DNA of 56,230 nucleotides from a virus (Duplodnaviria > Caudoviricetes). This document shows, one piece after another, positions 24,415-34,046 of this stretch. Where the stretch lies: IMG/VR virus record IMGVR_UViG_3300043464_001636, positions 1 through 56,230 of that record. The stretch is one strand, 5' to 3'. The first letter of the stretch is position 1. Every line of letters starts with the position of its first letter. The translations under genes were made by a program, and so were the position numbers. The notes beneath the pieces are model-generated. The model searched no databases. It was given only the letters and a program-made list of their open reading frames with translations, and had not been told where the DNA came from.

Positions 24415-24591
24415 GGGTCAGATTGTACCGCCTCGCCTAACGGGCGCAATGCTGCTTTGTGGCCGGTTTGCTGGCCGTTACAAAACCTCTGCCGGAAGCG
24501 TTGCAAGGCATAGGTTTCGTGACAGGCGTGGCCGGTTGCGTGGCCGTACTCTGGTGCAAGAGCGCACATTCACAACATAAGGTGAAGAGCG

Positions 24592-24909
24592 TCACACCAG
24601 CGGCGGATCGGGCGGCAGCAACGCTAGTCCGTCAGCAATCGGCACCACTTCGACTCCCGGCAGCAGCACCGATTGGTCGGCCGCCTGCCACATAGAGTGC
24701 AGATACCCACCGGGCTCCACCATCGTCAGGATGTCAGCCGTCAAGAACCAGCGGTTGTCGGTGGTGCGGCGCGGCATGATTTGGCAATCCGCCCTGCCAT
24801 GCTCGGCGTGCAGTTCCGCAAGCCTCTGGGCGAGAGCGTCGGGAAAAAGCAGGGCGTGAGCGCAGCCCCATTCGTAGGTGATTGGAAGCGTAACGTCTGC
24901 GAGTGTCAT
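24592..24909 (-). CDS. Hypothetical protein, possible tail-fibre accessory
   Basis: ATGA overlap with the fibre gene. Confidence 0.65.
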   Translation of the reverse strand: MTLADVTLPITYEWGCAHALLFPDALAQRLAELHAEHGRADCQIMPRRTTDNRWFLTADILTMVEPGGYLHSMWQAADQSVLLPGVEVVPIADGLALLPPDPPLV

Positions 24910-26558
24910 ACATTCCGCCCTAGTGCCGTCTGGAAAGCCTGCATCGCCGCGTCATAGGCTGCGATCTGCGTGGCGTCTAGGCCGATGCCGATAGAGTACG
25001 CCGCAAGGGTTTGATTGCTAAACAGGTTTGTTGAGTATGCGTTAGTGTCGGTGCTTTGGTCGTTGCGCGCAAAGACGGCAAACGGAATAGACGTTCCAGT
25101 GACCGATGCACTCGCTGCGTTTGCTGTTGCCAGCGATGTGCGGCGAAAAGAAACAAGATCGGTTGAGTTAGTGCGCGTAATGCCAATCAAGGAATCATGC
25201 GTTGACGGCACTGGAAAACTTCCTGTACCCCCGCCCAGCAAGTTTCCACCAGCCCCAAACTCCCATGTGTTCCCAAGCGTGGTAGACCTCGCACTGAGGA
25301 GGACGCCGCTGTTGGTTGACGTTCGCTTATACACAGCGAGGTGCGACCGGGCATTTCCGCCAGTGATAAACGCAGACGATGCCAGCCCGGTCTGCAAATA
25401 CTTGCTTGATCCGTTGCCCGTCAGGCCGTTGCCCTCGCTGTAATCGGCTGGAGCAAAAAGGTTGCCTGCGTTTACATCGGTAAGGTTTCCGAACTGCGTC
25501 CCGCCCAGCGACTGCCCCCGATAGAGCGGCGTGCGCACGGCGGCGAGCGCGGAGTCGGAGTTGCCGCAGAACAGGTTGAGTCTGAAGAAACGGTCGCGGA
25601 TTCCGGCCGCGTCGATGTCATCGCAGAACGTATTCACCGCCGCCGCAGTGCTGGTGCTGACGGTGCCGCCGTTGGAATACACGCGGTTGATCCAATCCTG
25701 TGCGTCGGCGTTGGAAACTTGCGGGGCGAGGGTGATGCCCCACTTGGAGGCGAGGTAGCGTTCGACGCGCTGGCGTTCAGCGACTGGGAGATTGCGCTCA
25801 TAAAGCACAATCTCGCATATCTGGCCGTCCATGAAAACACTGCCGGTGGCGACGGTAGCCGAGTTGCGCCTGCTGGCGAGTGACACGGCAGACCACGCGC
25901 CGCCATTGAATCTGGTGGTTTCAGAAAGAGATGCGCCGTCCACTCCTCCGTATCTCCCGGTCGTTACGGCACCGAAGGATGCCGACAGGGATGAGAGCGC
26001 TACGCGGCCCGCAGCATACGCGGAGGTAGCCGACGAGCGGGCAGTCTGATCACTTACAAACGCGCGAGTAGAGTCTAGGCGATGAAGAATCGACCCCACG
26101 CCAGCCACTTGCAGACCAAGAGAGTTCAAGAACCCAGACGATTCCGTGCGGATGGCGTTAGTGATGTCGCCTTGATGCGTGAAGTCAAAGGCAATCCCGC
26201 CCAGCGTGTCGTACCGATAGACGCACAACGCAGTCAGGTTGTCGCTCGTCGGCCCTGGTGCTGCCCAGATGTTGTCGCTAGTGCCGTCAAAGTCGATGCA
26301 ACGTCGGCCATTTACGCTCACAGCCGCGACGGTCGGCCTGTCGCCCGCCGTCGCCTGCGTGACGTGCCGGTTGTTGCCAGACTTGTCGCCCCAGTACCCC
26401 ACCGGAGCGCCGGTTGCGGTGGCTGGAACAGTGCCGTCGCTGTTCTGAAACAAAGTTGATCCGTCGCTGGCGTCCAGCCACAGGGCGAGGCCGGAGATGG
26501 AGCGGGGGTTGAAGCCGCCTGCGGCTCTGGGCCTCAACAGTCTCGGTGACATTGGCAT
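24906..26558 (-). CDS. Tail fibre/receptor-binding-like protein with two LamG/ConA-like domains
   Basis: GLALWLDASD, FDG..D, G.ICEIVLY.R.L, YLASKWG; second lectin-like half. Confidence 0.75.
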   Translation of the reverse strand: MPMSPRLLRPRAAGGFNPRSISGLALWLDASDGSTLFQNSDGTVPATATGAPVGYWGDKSGNNRHVTQATAGDRPTVAAVSVNGRRCIDFDGTSDNIWAAPGPTSDNLTALCVYRYDTLGGIAFDFTHQGDITNAIRTESSGFLNSLGLQVAGVGSILHRLDSTRAFVSDQTARSSATSAYAAGRVALSSLSASFGAVTTGRYGGVDGASLSETTRFNGGAWSAVSLASRRNSATVATGSVFMDGQICEIVLYERNLPVAERQRVERYLASKWGITLAPQVSNADAQDWINRVYSNGGTVSTSTAAAVNTFCDDIDAAGIRDRFFRLNLFCGNSDSALAAVRTPLYRGQSLGGTQFGNLTDVNAGNLFAPADYSEGNGLTGNGSSKYLQTGLASSAFITGGNARSHLAVYKRTSTNSGVLLSARSTTLGNTWEFGAGGNLLGGGTGSFPVPSTHDSLIGITRTNSTDLVSFRRTSLATANAASASVTGTSIPFAVFARNDQSTDTNAYSTNLFSNQTLAAYSIGIGLDATQIAAYDAAMQAFQTALGRNV

Positions 26559-26591
26559 GGGCGCGACGCTCTTGTGGTGAGAGAGGGAAAT

Positions 26592-26915
26592 TCAGTTCTG
26601 CGGCTCTGAGCCTGACGTTATGACCTTCACCGTCCGCAACCGCTCGCCAATGTCCCTCTGGCCGGCGGCGATCTCCTGAAGCGTCTGGGCCTGCTTCTCT
26701 TGCGTGTGGCCGATCTCTGTCAGTGTCTCGCGAGTCGCATCGAGGAACTCGATATGGCTCTCCACAACCGGCTTGATGAGCGTCGAGTGCAGCGTGATCG
26801 CGGCCTCGCGGCCAAACCAAATCAGCACCGCCAGGATGACGCACGGGACGCCGAACCTGTCGGCGATCCGAAACATCGTCTCGACCAGCCCCGCTTTCAG
26901 CTCTTCCGCAGTCAT
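26592..26915 (-). CDS. Membrane protein with one TM helix plus coiled coil (holin-like candidate)
   Basis: RFGVPCVILAVLIWFG. Confidence 0.65.
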   Translation of the reverse strand: MTAEELKAGLVETMFRIADRFGVPCVILAVLIWFGREAAITLHSTLIKPVVESHIEFLDATRETLTEIGHTQEKQAQTLQEIAAGQRDIGERLRTVKVITSGSEPQN

Positions 26916-26922
26916 CGCTGCC

Positions 26923-27279
26923 TCAAGTCTTGAGGGTGACGAAAGCGACGGCGGCCGTGGAGTGCGTGTTGGCCGAGACGAGCTTAATCGCCCCGCAACC
27001 GTAAACGGCATCTGGAAGGGCGTACATGCGGAATTCGGTCGTCGACGGTGCGAGAGTGATGTCGGCGGCCGAACCGTCGGAATTGTATAGCCGACCGAAC
27101 GAGGTCGTCACGCCGTCGCTGGCCCACACCTGGATCGTGGCGGCGTTGGTGCTGACGGTCCCCATCTCGAGGGCGCCGCCGGCAACGTCGTCCCACCGCA
27201 GCGTGGTAGCAGACGCGGTGACCGTCGCCATCGTCACGGCGACGGTCTTAAACTTGCGACGAATCTTCGGCTCAGACAT
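26923..27279 (-). CDS. Beta-rich hypothetical (probably virion) protein
   Basis: AAGGAGG RBS; Thr/Ala-rich. Confidence 0.7.
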   Translation of the reverse strand: MSEPKIRRKFKTVAVTMATVTASATTLRWDDVAGGALEMGTVSTNAATIQVWASDGVTTSFGRLYNSDGSAADITLAPSTTEFRMYALPDAVYGCGAIKLVSANTHSTAAVAFVTLKT

Positions 27280-27281
27280 AT

Positions 27282-27295
27282 GCACCTCCTTGTGC
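27282..27295 (-). promoter_or_regulatory. RBS stem-loop GCAC-AAGGAG-GTGC, candidate CsrA site
   Basis: Compensatory variant of GCGC-AAGGAG-GCGC. Confidence 0.6.
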
Positions 27296-27327
27296 GTTGC
27301 GGGCCTCTAGGGGCCGCTCGTGGCGTG

Positions 27328-27918
27328 TCACAGGCTATCTGCCATTGTATCATTGAGCAGCCAATCGAGGGCTTTATCGACGCGCTCCAGCAGGCCGGCG
27401 ACGTCGGTGTCGTTGACAATGCTGACGTCGATGAGTTCATTTGGCACTCCTGCCTCCGAGGAGTGCCGGCGAGCCTCGTCGGGGACGCCGGAGAGTGGCG
27501 TCGGCCGCACGATCTCAATGATGTGGCCGCCGCGCTCTCGAATGGCCTGGGCTTCGTTGGCGAAGCGGACGTCGGTAACGACGAAGCTTGCCTTGTCGCT
27601 CCACCTCCCCATTGCGTGAGAGTAGGCGTCGATACGCCGGAAAAGGTTCTTGATCCAGATGTCGTCGCCCAGCGTTCCCCTGCCCCATTCGGTGCCGAGG
27701 GTCTGAAGCAACCGCCGCGGCGAGGTGCCGATCCACGCGATGTCGGCCTCCTTCACCTTGCGGTCGCCCATCTTCTCGACCGGCAGGCCCGTCATGGCCG
27801 CGACCATGGCGTAGAGCGGGTCGGCCAGAGCGAGTTTCAGGCAGCCGTGGGCTTTGAATAGGTGCGACGCCACAGTGTCTTTGCCAGCCCCAGCGGCGCC
27901 GGTGAGTCCGATCAGCAT
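27328..27918 (-). CDS. Deoxynucleoside monophosphate kinase
   Basis: IGLTGAAGAGKDT, ADPL, PRRLLQTLGTEWGR, VTDVRF.NE, HSSE. Confidence 0.92.
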   Translation of the reverse strand: MLIGLTGAAGAGKDTVASHLFKAHGCLKLALADPLYAMVAAMTGLPVEKMGDRKVKEADIAWIGTSPRRLLQTLGTEWGRGTLGDDIWIKNLFRRIDAYSHAMGRWSDKASFVVTDVRFANEAQAIRERGGHIIEIVRPTPLSGVPDEARRHSSEAGVPNELIDVSIVNDTDVAGLLERVDKALDWLLNDTMADSL

Positions 27919-27919
27919 T

Positions 27920-28093
27920 TCATTTCTCCTGGTGGCGTTCTTCCATCACTGCAATTCGGTAGGTGAGCCGCTCAATCTCCTCAAGCGCCCGGCCGAGGGC
28001 CGCGGCCAGCGTCCCGTTGGCGGCCGTCCAGGCGTTCGGCGGACCGTATTTGTTCACAAGGATCCAGGCGCGTTGGATTTCGTCGTGGGTCAT
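27920..28093 (-). CDS. Small hypothetical protein (57 aa, not in ORF track)
   Basis: MTHDEIQRAWILVNKYGPPNAW...; ATGA overlap; fills the gap. Confidence 0.6.
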   Translation of the reverse strand: MTHDEIQRAWILVNKYGPPNAWTAANGTLAAALGRALEEIERLTYRIAVMEERHQEK

Positions 28094-29139
28094 TTGCAGA
28101 AGATCGGCAGTACCTTCGTGACTCTGCCGTGCTCGTGGTCGATGATGATGAGCGACTGGCTGGGGGGCTGATACTCAGCCTTGATCCTGTCAGCGAATGC
28201 GTTGTGGCCGATAAGGCAGCCGTTCGCGACGAAGCGATACGGGAGCCAACTAAAACAGTGCCAGTGGCCGAAGATGTCGAGATCAGCCCGCTGGGCCTGG
28301 TTCCAGTTGCTGATGGCCTTGTTGGCAGGGATCGTCAGCCCGCCGACGCCCCCGCCGAATCGAATGGCGTGGCCGTGGTGCGCCCGCACGATGAAGCCGT
28401 CAAGGTTGATGTTGTTGAGATAGCCCTCGCCCACCTGCCACTCAACATTCGCCCGCCGCTCCTCCGCGGCCATCGTCAGATACAGGTCTTGCTCAAACGA
28501 GTGGTCGTTTTCCGTTGCCATGCGAGGAAACTTTGTTGACCGACCGTGGTTGCCGCTGGCCGTGGCGACGAGCACTGGGGCGATCTCGCTCATGGCGTCG
28601 ATGACGCCGTTGAGTCTTTTTCCCGCCCACCGCTTCGCGGCCAGAGGGGCTAGTTGCGTCACCTCAACGAGGTCGTCATGGATATGCCCGGTTATAAAAT
28701 CACCAAGAGCGGCCACGACGATCCTGCGGATGCCGGTCAGCGACTTCTCATGCTCGATCAGCATCGACGCTTTTTGCACGAGCTGGGCAATGCGGCGGTC
28801 GGCGATGTCGAGCGTGTATTCGTTGAGTTTCCGGCACGTTGCGGGGTCGACCCGCTCCTCGCAGTGCCAGTCCGAGAGCACAAGCACAGCCGTCGCCTCC
28901 GGCCGGTCGCCGGCGGGCCGCTTGCGGCTGATCTTCTTCGTACCGACGCCAGAGAGGGCCGTCAGCCGGTCGTTGCGCTGCCGCGCAGCATCAAGCTGCT
29001 TGAGCGCGCTATCGTACTTCCGCTTGAGCGATGACAGTTCGTCACGCAGCCTGGAGTTGTCGGCGTCGCGGGCGACTTCTAGGTGTCGCTCGAACGCAGC
29101 CAGCGGCTGATCGTGTTTGGGCTTTTTGGTACGGGCCAC
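28090..29139 (-). CDS. Calcineurin-like metallophosphoesterase with N-terminal coiled coil
   Basis: SDWH, LGD, GNHGR, HHGH, GHWH. Confidence 0.88.
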   Translation of the reverse strand: MARTKKPKHDQPLAAFERHLEVARDADNSRLRDELSSLKRKYDSALKQLDAARQRNDRLTALSGVGTKKISRKRPAGDRPEATAVLVLSDWHCEERVDPATCRKLNEYTLDIADRRIAQLVQKASMLIEHEKSLTGIRRIVVAALGDFITGHIHDDLVEVTQLAPLAAKRWAGKRLNGVIDAMSEIAPVLVATASGNHGRSTKFPRMATENDHSFEQDLYLTMAAEERRANVEWQVGEGYLNNINLDGFIVRAHHGHAIRFGGGVGGLTIPANKAISNWNQAQRADLDIFGHWHCFSWLPYRFVANGCLIGHNAFADRIKAEYQPPSQSLIIIDHEHGRVTKVLPIFCK

Positions 29140-29345
29140 GATTGCTCCTTCAACAGTGCCTCGACTGCCTGACATACGGCCGCCAGCGTGATGCCAGCAA
29201 ACTGCCCTGCGGCGAACGCCTCTTTGATTGCCGAGAGTCGCTTCTTCGCGTCTGCCGGCAACTTGGAGAACCACGACTTCCTGTGGTCGCGGCTCATGGC
29301 GGCCCCGGCGATCTTCATCACGAATTCCAGGTCTTTCGCCATCAC
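29079..29345 (-). CDS. Hypothetical protein
   Basis: Operon packing. Confidence 0.6.
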   Translation of the reverse strand: MMAKDLEFVMKIAGAAMSRDHRKSWFSKLPADAKKRLSAIKEAFAAGQFAGITLAAVCQAVEALLKEQSWPVPKSPNTISRWLRSSDT

Positions 29346-29632
29346 TCAATCTCCCGGTAGCCAAGTGACCAGAGAACCCTCGCCAGATCGCGTGCCGATT
29401 CTGTGATGTGCTCTTCGCTCACGGTTGGATAGAGAACGTGCAAGCACTCGTGGATCACAACCTCGAGACGCCGGCGGTGCTTCAGGCGGCTGTCGATCAA
29501 AATCTTGCGCTCAGAGCGATTGGGATCTTTGGTGTCTGGCAGATATGCCCAGCCGTCGGCACCGCCGCGGAGGCGGGAGAATCTCAAGAGCCAGCGCAGG
29601 CCGGCGAGCGTGAAATGGTGGTCTTCCGGCAT
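29342..29632 (-). CDS. Small HExxH zinc-metallopeptidase-like protein
   Basis: VVIHECLH...EE; upstream TTGACA promoter-like sequence. Confidence 0.68.
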   Translation of the reverse strand: MPEDHHFTLAGLRWLLRFSRLRGGADGWAYLPDTKDPNRSERKILIDSRLKHRRRLEVVIHECLHVLYPTVSEEHITESARDLARVLWSLGYREIE

Positions 29633-29654
29633 CTCTAAAGTGTCGGCCGGTAGC

Positions 29655-30101
29655 CTAGGATGTCAAGGTGGATTTTCGCTTGGCGTTGGCGATCGCACGG
29701 CGTACTAGCAGGCGGCCAGCGGCGTCGATGAACGGAAGTTTTCGTTTCGTCGCTTCCTCACGCAGCCAGCCGACGATCTCGTCAATTCGCTTTTCGCTTT
29801 CGTCCGCGCCCCATGCGTTCATTTGCGCGGCGCGAGCGTTGCATGAGCAGTTTGCCGAGGCTGTGATTCCGACCTTGGAGAGCAGTTTTTTTAGTTCAGT
29901 ACCAGGGCCATCTTGCACCTCCTGCGGCTCTGGCTGAAACCGCATTTTCAGAACGTCTTCGAGGGTTGTGTTTTCCCTCTTGATGCCAACCATGCAGGCA
30001 GAGAAGGGCTTTTCTGGCACAACGCTCTTTGGCACGACGGCCTTGCACTGGCCGCATACCCACGACTTGTCAAGCTCCTCCCACTGACACCAGATCGACA
30101 T
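29655..30101 (-). CDS. Cys-containing hypothetical protein
   Basis: AGGAGG RBS; CGQC, GPGTELK.LL, CSC..RA..MN.WG. Confidence 0.72.
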   Translation of the reverse strand: MSIWCQWEELDKSWVCGQCKAVVPKSVVPEKPFSACMVGIKRENTTLEDVLKMRFQPEPQEVQDGPGTELKKLLSKVGITASANCSCNARAAQMNAWGADESEKRIDEIVGWLREEATKRKLPFIDAAGRLLVRRAIANAKRKSTLTS

Positions 30102-30102
30102 A

Positions 30103-33100
30103 TTACCTCCTGTACGGCGTGCCGTTGGCGTGGTCGGGGCAGCTCGCTGGAGTTTCGGCAGACAGCGAAAGCGTCGGGCCGTACTCAATCACCGTGTATT
30201 CGTAGGAGTACGGAATATCTGCGGGAGTTCTTTCGGGATTTTTTCTTTCGAGCAGTGCGTACCCCGTCGTCGGCGGCGCGTCTCTGTTTGATGGGCTGTC
30301 TGGAAAGGCATAGTCAAACGGCGCGCCTGCCCCGAAAAAGCAACCAGCCCCCCAGACTTTCGCAAGGGGGTAAGTCTTGTTTAGCAAAGAGTGATAGCAG
30401 TCCGAGAAAGCGCACACACTGCTTCTCGGAACAAATGACGGCATTTCGCCAGAAAATACGTTGTGTGTTGAGAATGTCTCGTGATTGAAATTTCTCGGCA
30501 CAAGCGGCTCCGCAGCGGGCTGGCCGGGGGCGTGTCCGTGCCATCCCAAGTGAGCCTGAAGGAACCACTGCTGGTCGAGGACAGGCCCGCCGACGTATGT
30601 ATTTTCCAGCATCCAAAAATACCCCGCCGATTGGTCAGCGTAGTCGCGGCCTCCAAGTGGCATCGACGACGGCGCCTCAATCCACCCGTTGTTTGCGTCT
30701 GGCACGCCAACCCCCGCCGTCGAGATGCCGGGGTGCTTTGGGTCAACCGTGATCGACGGGTCTGCGATTATTGAAACCGACAGCAACTCTCCAAACGTGC
30801 TGCTTTCATAGTTTACGTCAAACGCTCCAGTCGCGAGCGCGCCATATCCAAGCGTTGAAGTCAACACGACCTGCGCGTCTGGATTTTTCTTGCCTGACGA
30901 TAGCACGGTCTTAAACATCATGCCGCCATGCACGACTTCAAGCCCAGTGATTCCGCCGCTTTCGTTTACCGAAGAAACCCGAAGAACGCACACAGGATGC
31001 GGAGACGAAACAGGCTCGCCATATTGCCCCGTTTCCTGGTTTACAATCAAAGAGAAGTATCCGCTTGCGTTGATCCCAGTAGCCCTCGGGCCTCCGTACC
31101 ACGCGCCGTTTGGGCAAACGTCAGGCGAGTCGCCGCCGGTGGCCTTCCACATATCGGTAACGGCGCGGCCGCCTTCAGGCTTTACCTCAAACTCCTGTCC
31201 AACTGAGTACCCGCTCCCTCTGTGCGACGAGTTGATTGTTGCGCCGGTCACCGGAAAATAAGAAAACCGATTTGACGCAGGTGGATCGACGCCCCATGCC
31301 ACGGCTGGGTTTGGAAAGTTATTTATTGCACCAAACCCAAACGACGCTATTTTTGCGCCTGAGCCAGCGCCAATGCCAGGAACATCAAGCGGTAATGTTG
31401 GGGCGATGTGGTACTTGTCGCGAAAGCAGTAGCCTCCGCCACCAGCGCGCACTATGCCGCCGTTTATTGAACTACCCCAGTCAGACTCGTTGGCTCCAGC
31501 CGCGCCAAAAACGGGAGTAATAACTGCTCCGCCGCCCGCGCACTCTGGATACGGGGGCCACAAGTTTCGAGCGCGGTCGTTGATCGACGTTGAGTTCGCT
31601 ATCTGTTCCCCAAACGGCCAAGCGTAAACGTAAACCTCGATGGCGGTTTCGCATTGACGTCGTGTAATTTGAAGCGACAGGTTTGTAAAGTTGCTCTGAT
31701 TTTCCCCGGTGTTGCAAAGCGATCTGATTTCCACGCTGCTTCGGACTTTCCTGACAGGAACCCCAACGGCCTCCCACCGCAGGTCGCACAGCACCTTCGC
31801 CTTCCACTCGTAGTGCCCGCGGTCGTCAAACTGATCCGGCGGGTTCAGGGGTCGCTGGCTGCAAAACGCTAGGCAGTTTCCGCTTGAGTCGGTTTCGTCG
31901 CACACGTTGACGGTCGCGTACCCCGCCGGGAAGTCTGATCCTCGAATGCGCCAGTCTAAGATTCCGCCTTCGTCGTCGACGTCTGACACAACTGCCGTGG
32001 CTACCTCAATCTCGTCGCAGTCCGGGTTATCGCAGTGCCATTGAATTTCGTCGCCGACTGTGTAGCCAATGCCGGGCATAGCAACGGAAATTGGGTGGCA
32101 AAGCACGCGACCGTAGCCTGTGTAAAACTTTGTTCTCTGGTCACCGATTCGCTCGACGTTGCAAAACGGCGGGTCTTTATACTCTGGCGTTTTGAAGATC
32201 GGAACAACTTCAAGAGAAACGATTGAACCCGGCCCCGCAACTTCGGAGATGCGGATTCTTTGGTAGAGCAACACGCCGCCTTCTACGTTCTGGCCTGAAT
32301 ATCCATACTTGTCTATGTAATTGGGGAAATACTGAGGAAAGCAGGTTGCGTCTGGTCTTGGGAAAAAACTTATTCGCTCACCGCCGAGCGGCGGACGCGA
32401 GTTGTCGAAGTTGACGTAGAAGAACTCGCCAACCTCATACCCATACCCGCCGTCTTTTATGTCTACGCCGATCACCTTCCAGCTGTCGGGAAATCGGCCG
32501 TTGGGGTCTGGTTCGTGGCTTGCAGGCCCAAGCCGCAAATACAACTGAGCGGTGTGATTTAGCGATTGGTGGTACGGAGCGAGGTGCGGCTTCACGATGC
32601 CCTGGTTTAGTCCTTGGCACTTGCCGCGAGAACAAATCTGGCCGCCCTCAAAAGCGTACCACGGGTTTCGTTTTCCGCAGCGGTAGTCGACGATGAAGTG
32701 GTCGCCTTCGGGGGGGAACAGGATGTCGGTGCATTCGTCTGGAGGAGGCTGAAAAACCCACGTTCGGTACTCGGCGACGTTGTAGAGCAGCGTCGCCTCT
32801 GTGACGCCTGGGTATTGCGAGATACGCTCTGGCGCGAGCGGCACCTGTCGCGTGATCGTTGCCTTCAGTTGCGGACGGACGAACTGGTTTGGGCGGTGGC
32901 ATATATAAGTGCCATTCAAGTCCTCTTGGTTTGTATAGAGTATGCCTTGGTTGGGGTTGCATGGGCCTGCCTGAAAAGGCCCAAACTCCGGACGCTCGCA
33001 AAACTTTGGATGCCCCGGTGGAGTTGCGTCTGGGTCGCACTTTGCTTCGTTTACGGAAATCCTAGTGACAATTGCAGCGGGGCAGTTGTCGCATGTGTCG

Positions 33101-33564
33101 CCTGGGGCTGAGCATGTAGAACTGTCAAAGTATGCGGCAAAATTTTGGCCGCACATCGGGTCTTCGTTGTCCCTGCCTTGCCCCTCACCAAGCCTAAAAT
33201 ATGGAACTTGAGGCGGAAAAAACTGGCGCGACCACGCTAGATTTTCAAAGTCTCCGAAATTATAAGTCCAGCCAAGGATATTTCCGCTTACATTTAAAGG
33301 GATTACACATCCAAGGTGCTCTTCGGCAAGAATAATGTCTGCGAAAGACCCGCGGGGGTCGCCCAAAAAGGCATAGGTTTCTTCGCACTCTTGATCGCAC
33401 TCAAAGAACCGGCTCTCGTGAAATGCAACAATAACACTCTCCACGCCATAGGAAACTATCTGCCCAGACATTCCATCAACGCTCGCCGTCACCGTCTCCG
33501 GTGTGCAGCACCGCATCTCGGGGCAGCAGTTGCACGAGTCCTTGCTGTTGACGAGCATCAGCAC
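30103..33564 (-). CDS. Large Cys-rich distal tail/adhesin-like protein; start uncertain (33585, 33564 or 33558)
   Basis: About 1150 aa downstream of the tape measure; repeated GxGYxVG(D/E/Q) motifs. Confidence 0.7.
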   Translation of the reverse strand: MLMLVNSKDSCNCCPEMRCCTPETVTASVDGMSGQIVSYGVESVIVAFHESRFFECDQECEETYAFLGDPRGSFADIILAEEHLGCVIPLNVSGNILGWTYNFGDFENLAWSRQFFPPQVPYFRLGEGQGRDNEDPMCGQNFAAYFDSSTCSAPGDTCDNCPAAIVTRISVNEAKCDPDATPPGHPKFCERPEFGPFQAGPCNPNQGILYTNQEDLNGTYICHRPNQFVRPQLKATITRQVPLAPERISQYPGVTEATLLYNVAEYRTWVFQPPPDECTDILFPPEGDHFIVDYRCGKRNPWYAFEGGQICSRGKCQGLNQGIVKPHLAPYHQSLNHTAQLYLRLGPASHEPDPNGRFPDSWKVIGVDIKDGGYGYEVGEFFYVNFDNSRPPLGGERISFFPRPDATCFPQYFPNYIDKYGYSGQNVEGGVLLYQRIRISEVAGPGSIVSLEVVPIFKTPEYKDPPFCNVERIGDQRTKFYTGYGRVLCHPISVAMPGIGYTVGDEIQWHCDNPDCDEIEVATAVVSDVDDEGGILDWRIRGSDFPAGYATVNVCDETDSSGNCLAFCSQRPLNPPDQFDDRGHYEWKAKVLCDLRWEAVGVPVRKVRSSVEIRSLCNTGENQSNFTNLSLQITRRQCETAIEVYVYAWPFGEQIANSTSINDRARNLWPPYPECAGGGAVITPVFGAAGANESDWGSSINGGIVRAGGGGYCFRDKYHIAPTLPLDVPGIGAGSGAKIASFGFGAINNFPNPAVAWGVDPPASNRFSYFPVTGATINSSHRGSGYSVGQEFEVKPEGGRAVTDMWKATGGDSPDVCPNGAWYGGPRATGINASGYFSLIVNQETGQYGEPVSSPHPVCVLRVSSVNESGGITGLEVVHGGMMFKTVLSSGKKNPDAQVVLTSTLGYGALATGAFDVNYESSTFGELLSVSIIADPSITVDPKHPGISTAGVGVPDANNGWIEAPSSMPLGGRDYADQSAGYFWMLENTYVGGPVLDQQWFLQAHLGWHGHAPGQPAAEPLVPRNFNHETFSTHNVFSGEMPSFVPRSSVCAFSDCYHSLLNKTYPLAKVWGAGCFFGAGAPFDYAFPDSPSNRDAPPTTGYALLERKNPERTPADIPYSYEYTVIEYGPTLSLSAETPASCPDHANGTPYRR

Positions 33565-34046
33565 TCCACCGCGATCAAGAGCCACAGCTTGCTGTACGGA
33601 CGCAAAATTGGAATTTCCTGCTGGTCTTCGTATGTCACTTGGCCCGTGTCATAACTTCCTGCCAAATCACTGATCGGCACGACTGCACACCACTTCAAAA
33701 GGTCGCCCTGTCCAACTGGAATATGCGTGAACCAGTTGATCGTGACGGCGAACACTGGGTCGCCGAATGAATCCGTCTCGGGAATCCAGTCGGCTGGGCC
33801 GGTTGGGTTATCTGGCTGCTTGAATAGGCGAACAACTCGGACGTTGAGCGGCGGCTCGTTGGGCCACGGGCCTTCGCATTGGCCGAGGCGGATCGTGGAG
33901 ATGCCGCCACCGCCGCGGCGCTTGAACCCTTCCTCAAACCGCGCCTCCATACGCGGCACGCTCATTGACGTTACGCCATTTTTGCGCTCCGCGACAATGT
34001 CACGCAGTTCATCGCGCAGCCCTGGACCGATCAGAAATCCGCTCAT
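33558..34046 (-). CDS. Putative minor tail protein
   Basis: Position; ATGA overlap. Confidence 0.7.
   Translation of the reverse strand: MSGFLIGPGLRDELRDIVAERKNGVTSMSVPRMEARFEEGFKRRGGGGISTIRLGQCEGPWPNEPPLNVRVVRLFKQPDNPTGPADWIPETDSFGDPVFAVTINWFTHIPVGQGDLLKWCAVVPISDLAGSYDTGQVTYEDQQEIPILRPYSKLWLLIAVEC

Noticed and set aside
24477-24523. Imperfect 17-bp inverted repeat as attP or a mobile-element end
   Set aside because: Single copy, several mismatches, far from the integrase; may be just a terminator-like hairpin
24906-33585. Diversity-generating retroelement or invertible tail-fibre cassette
   Set aside because: No reverse transcriptase, template/variable repeat pair or flanking inversion sites seen
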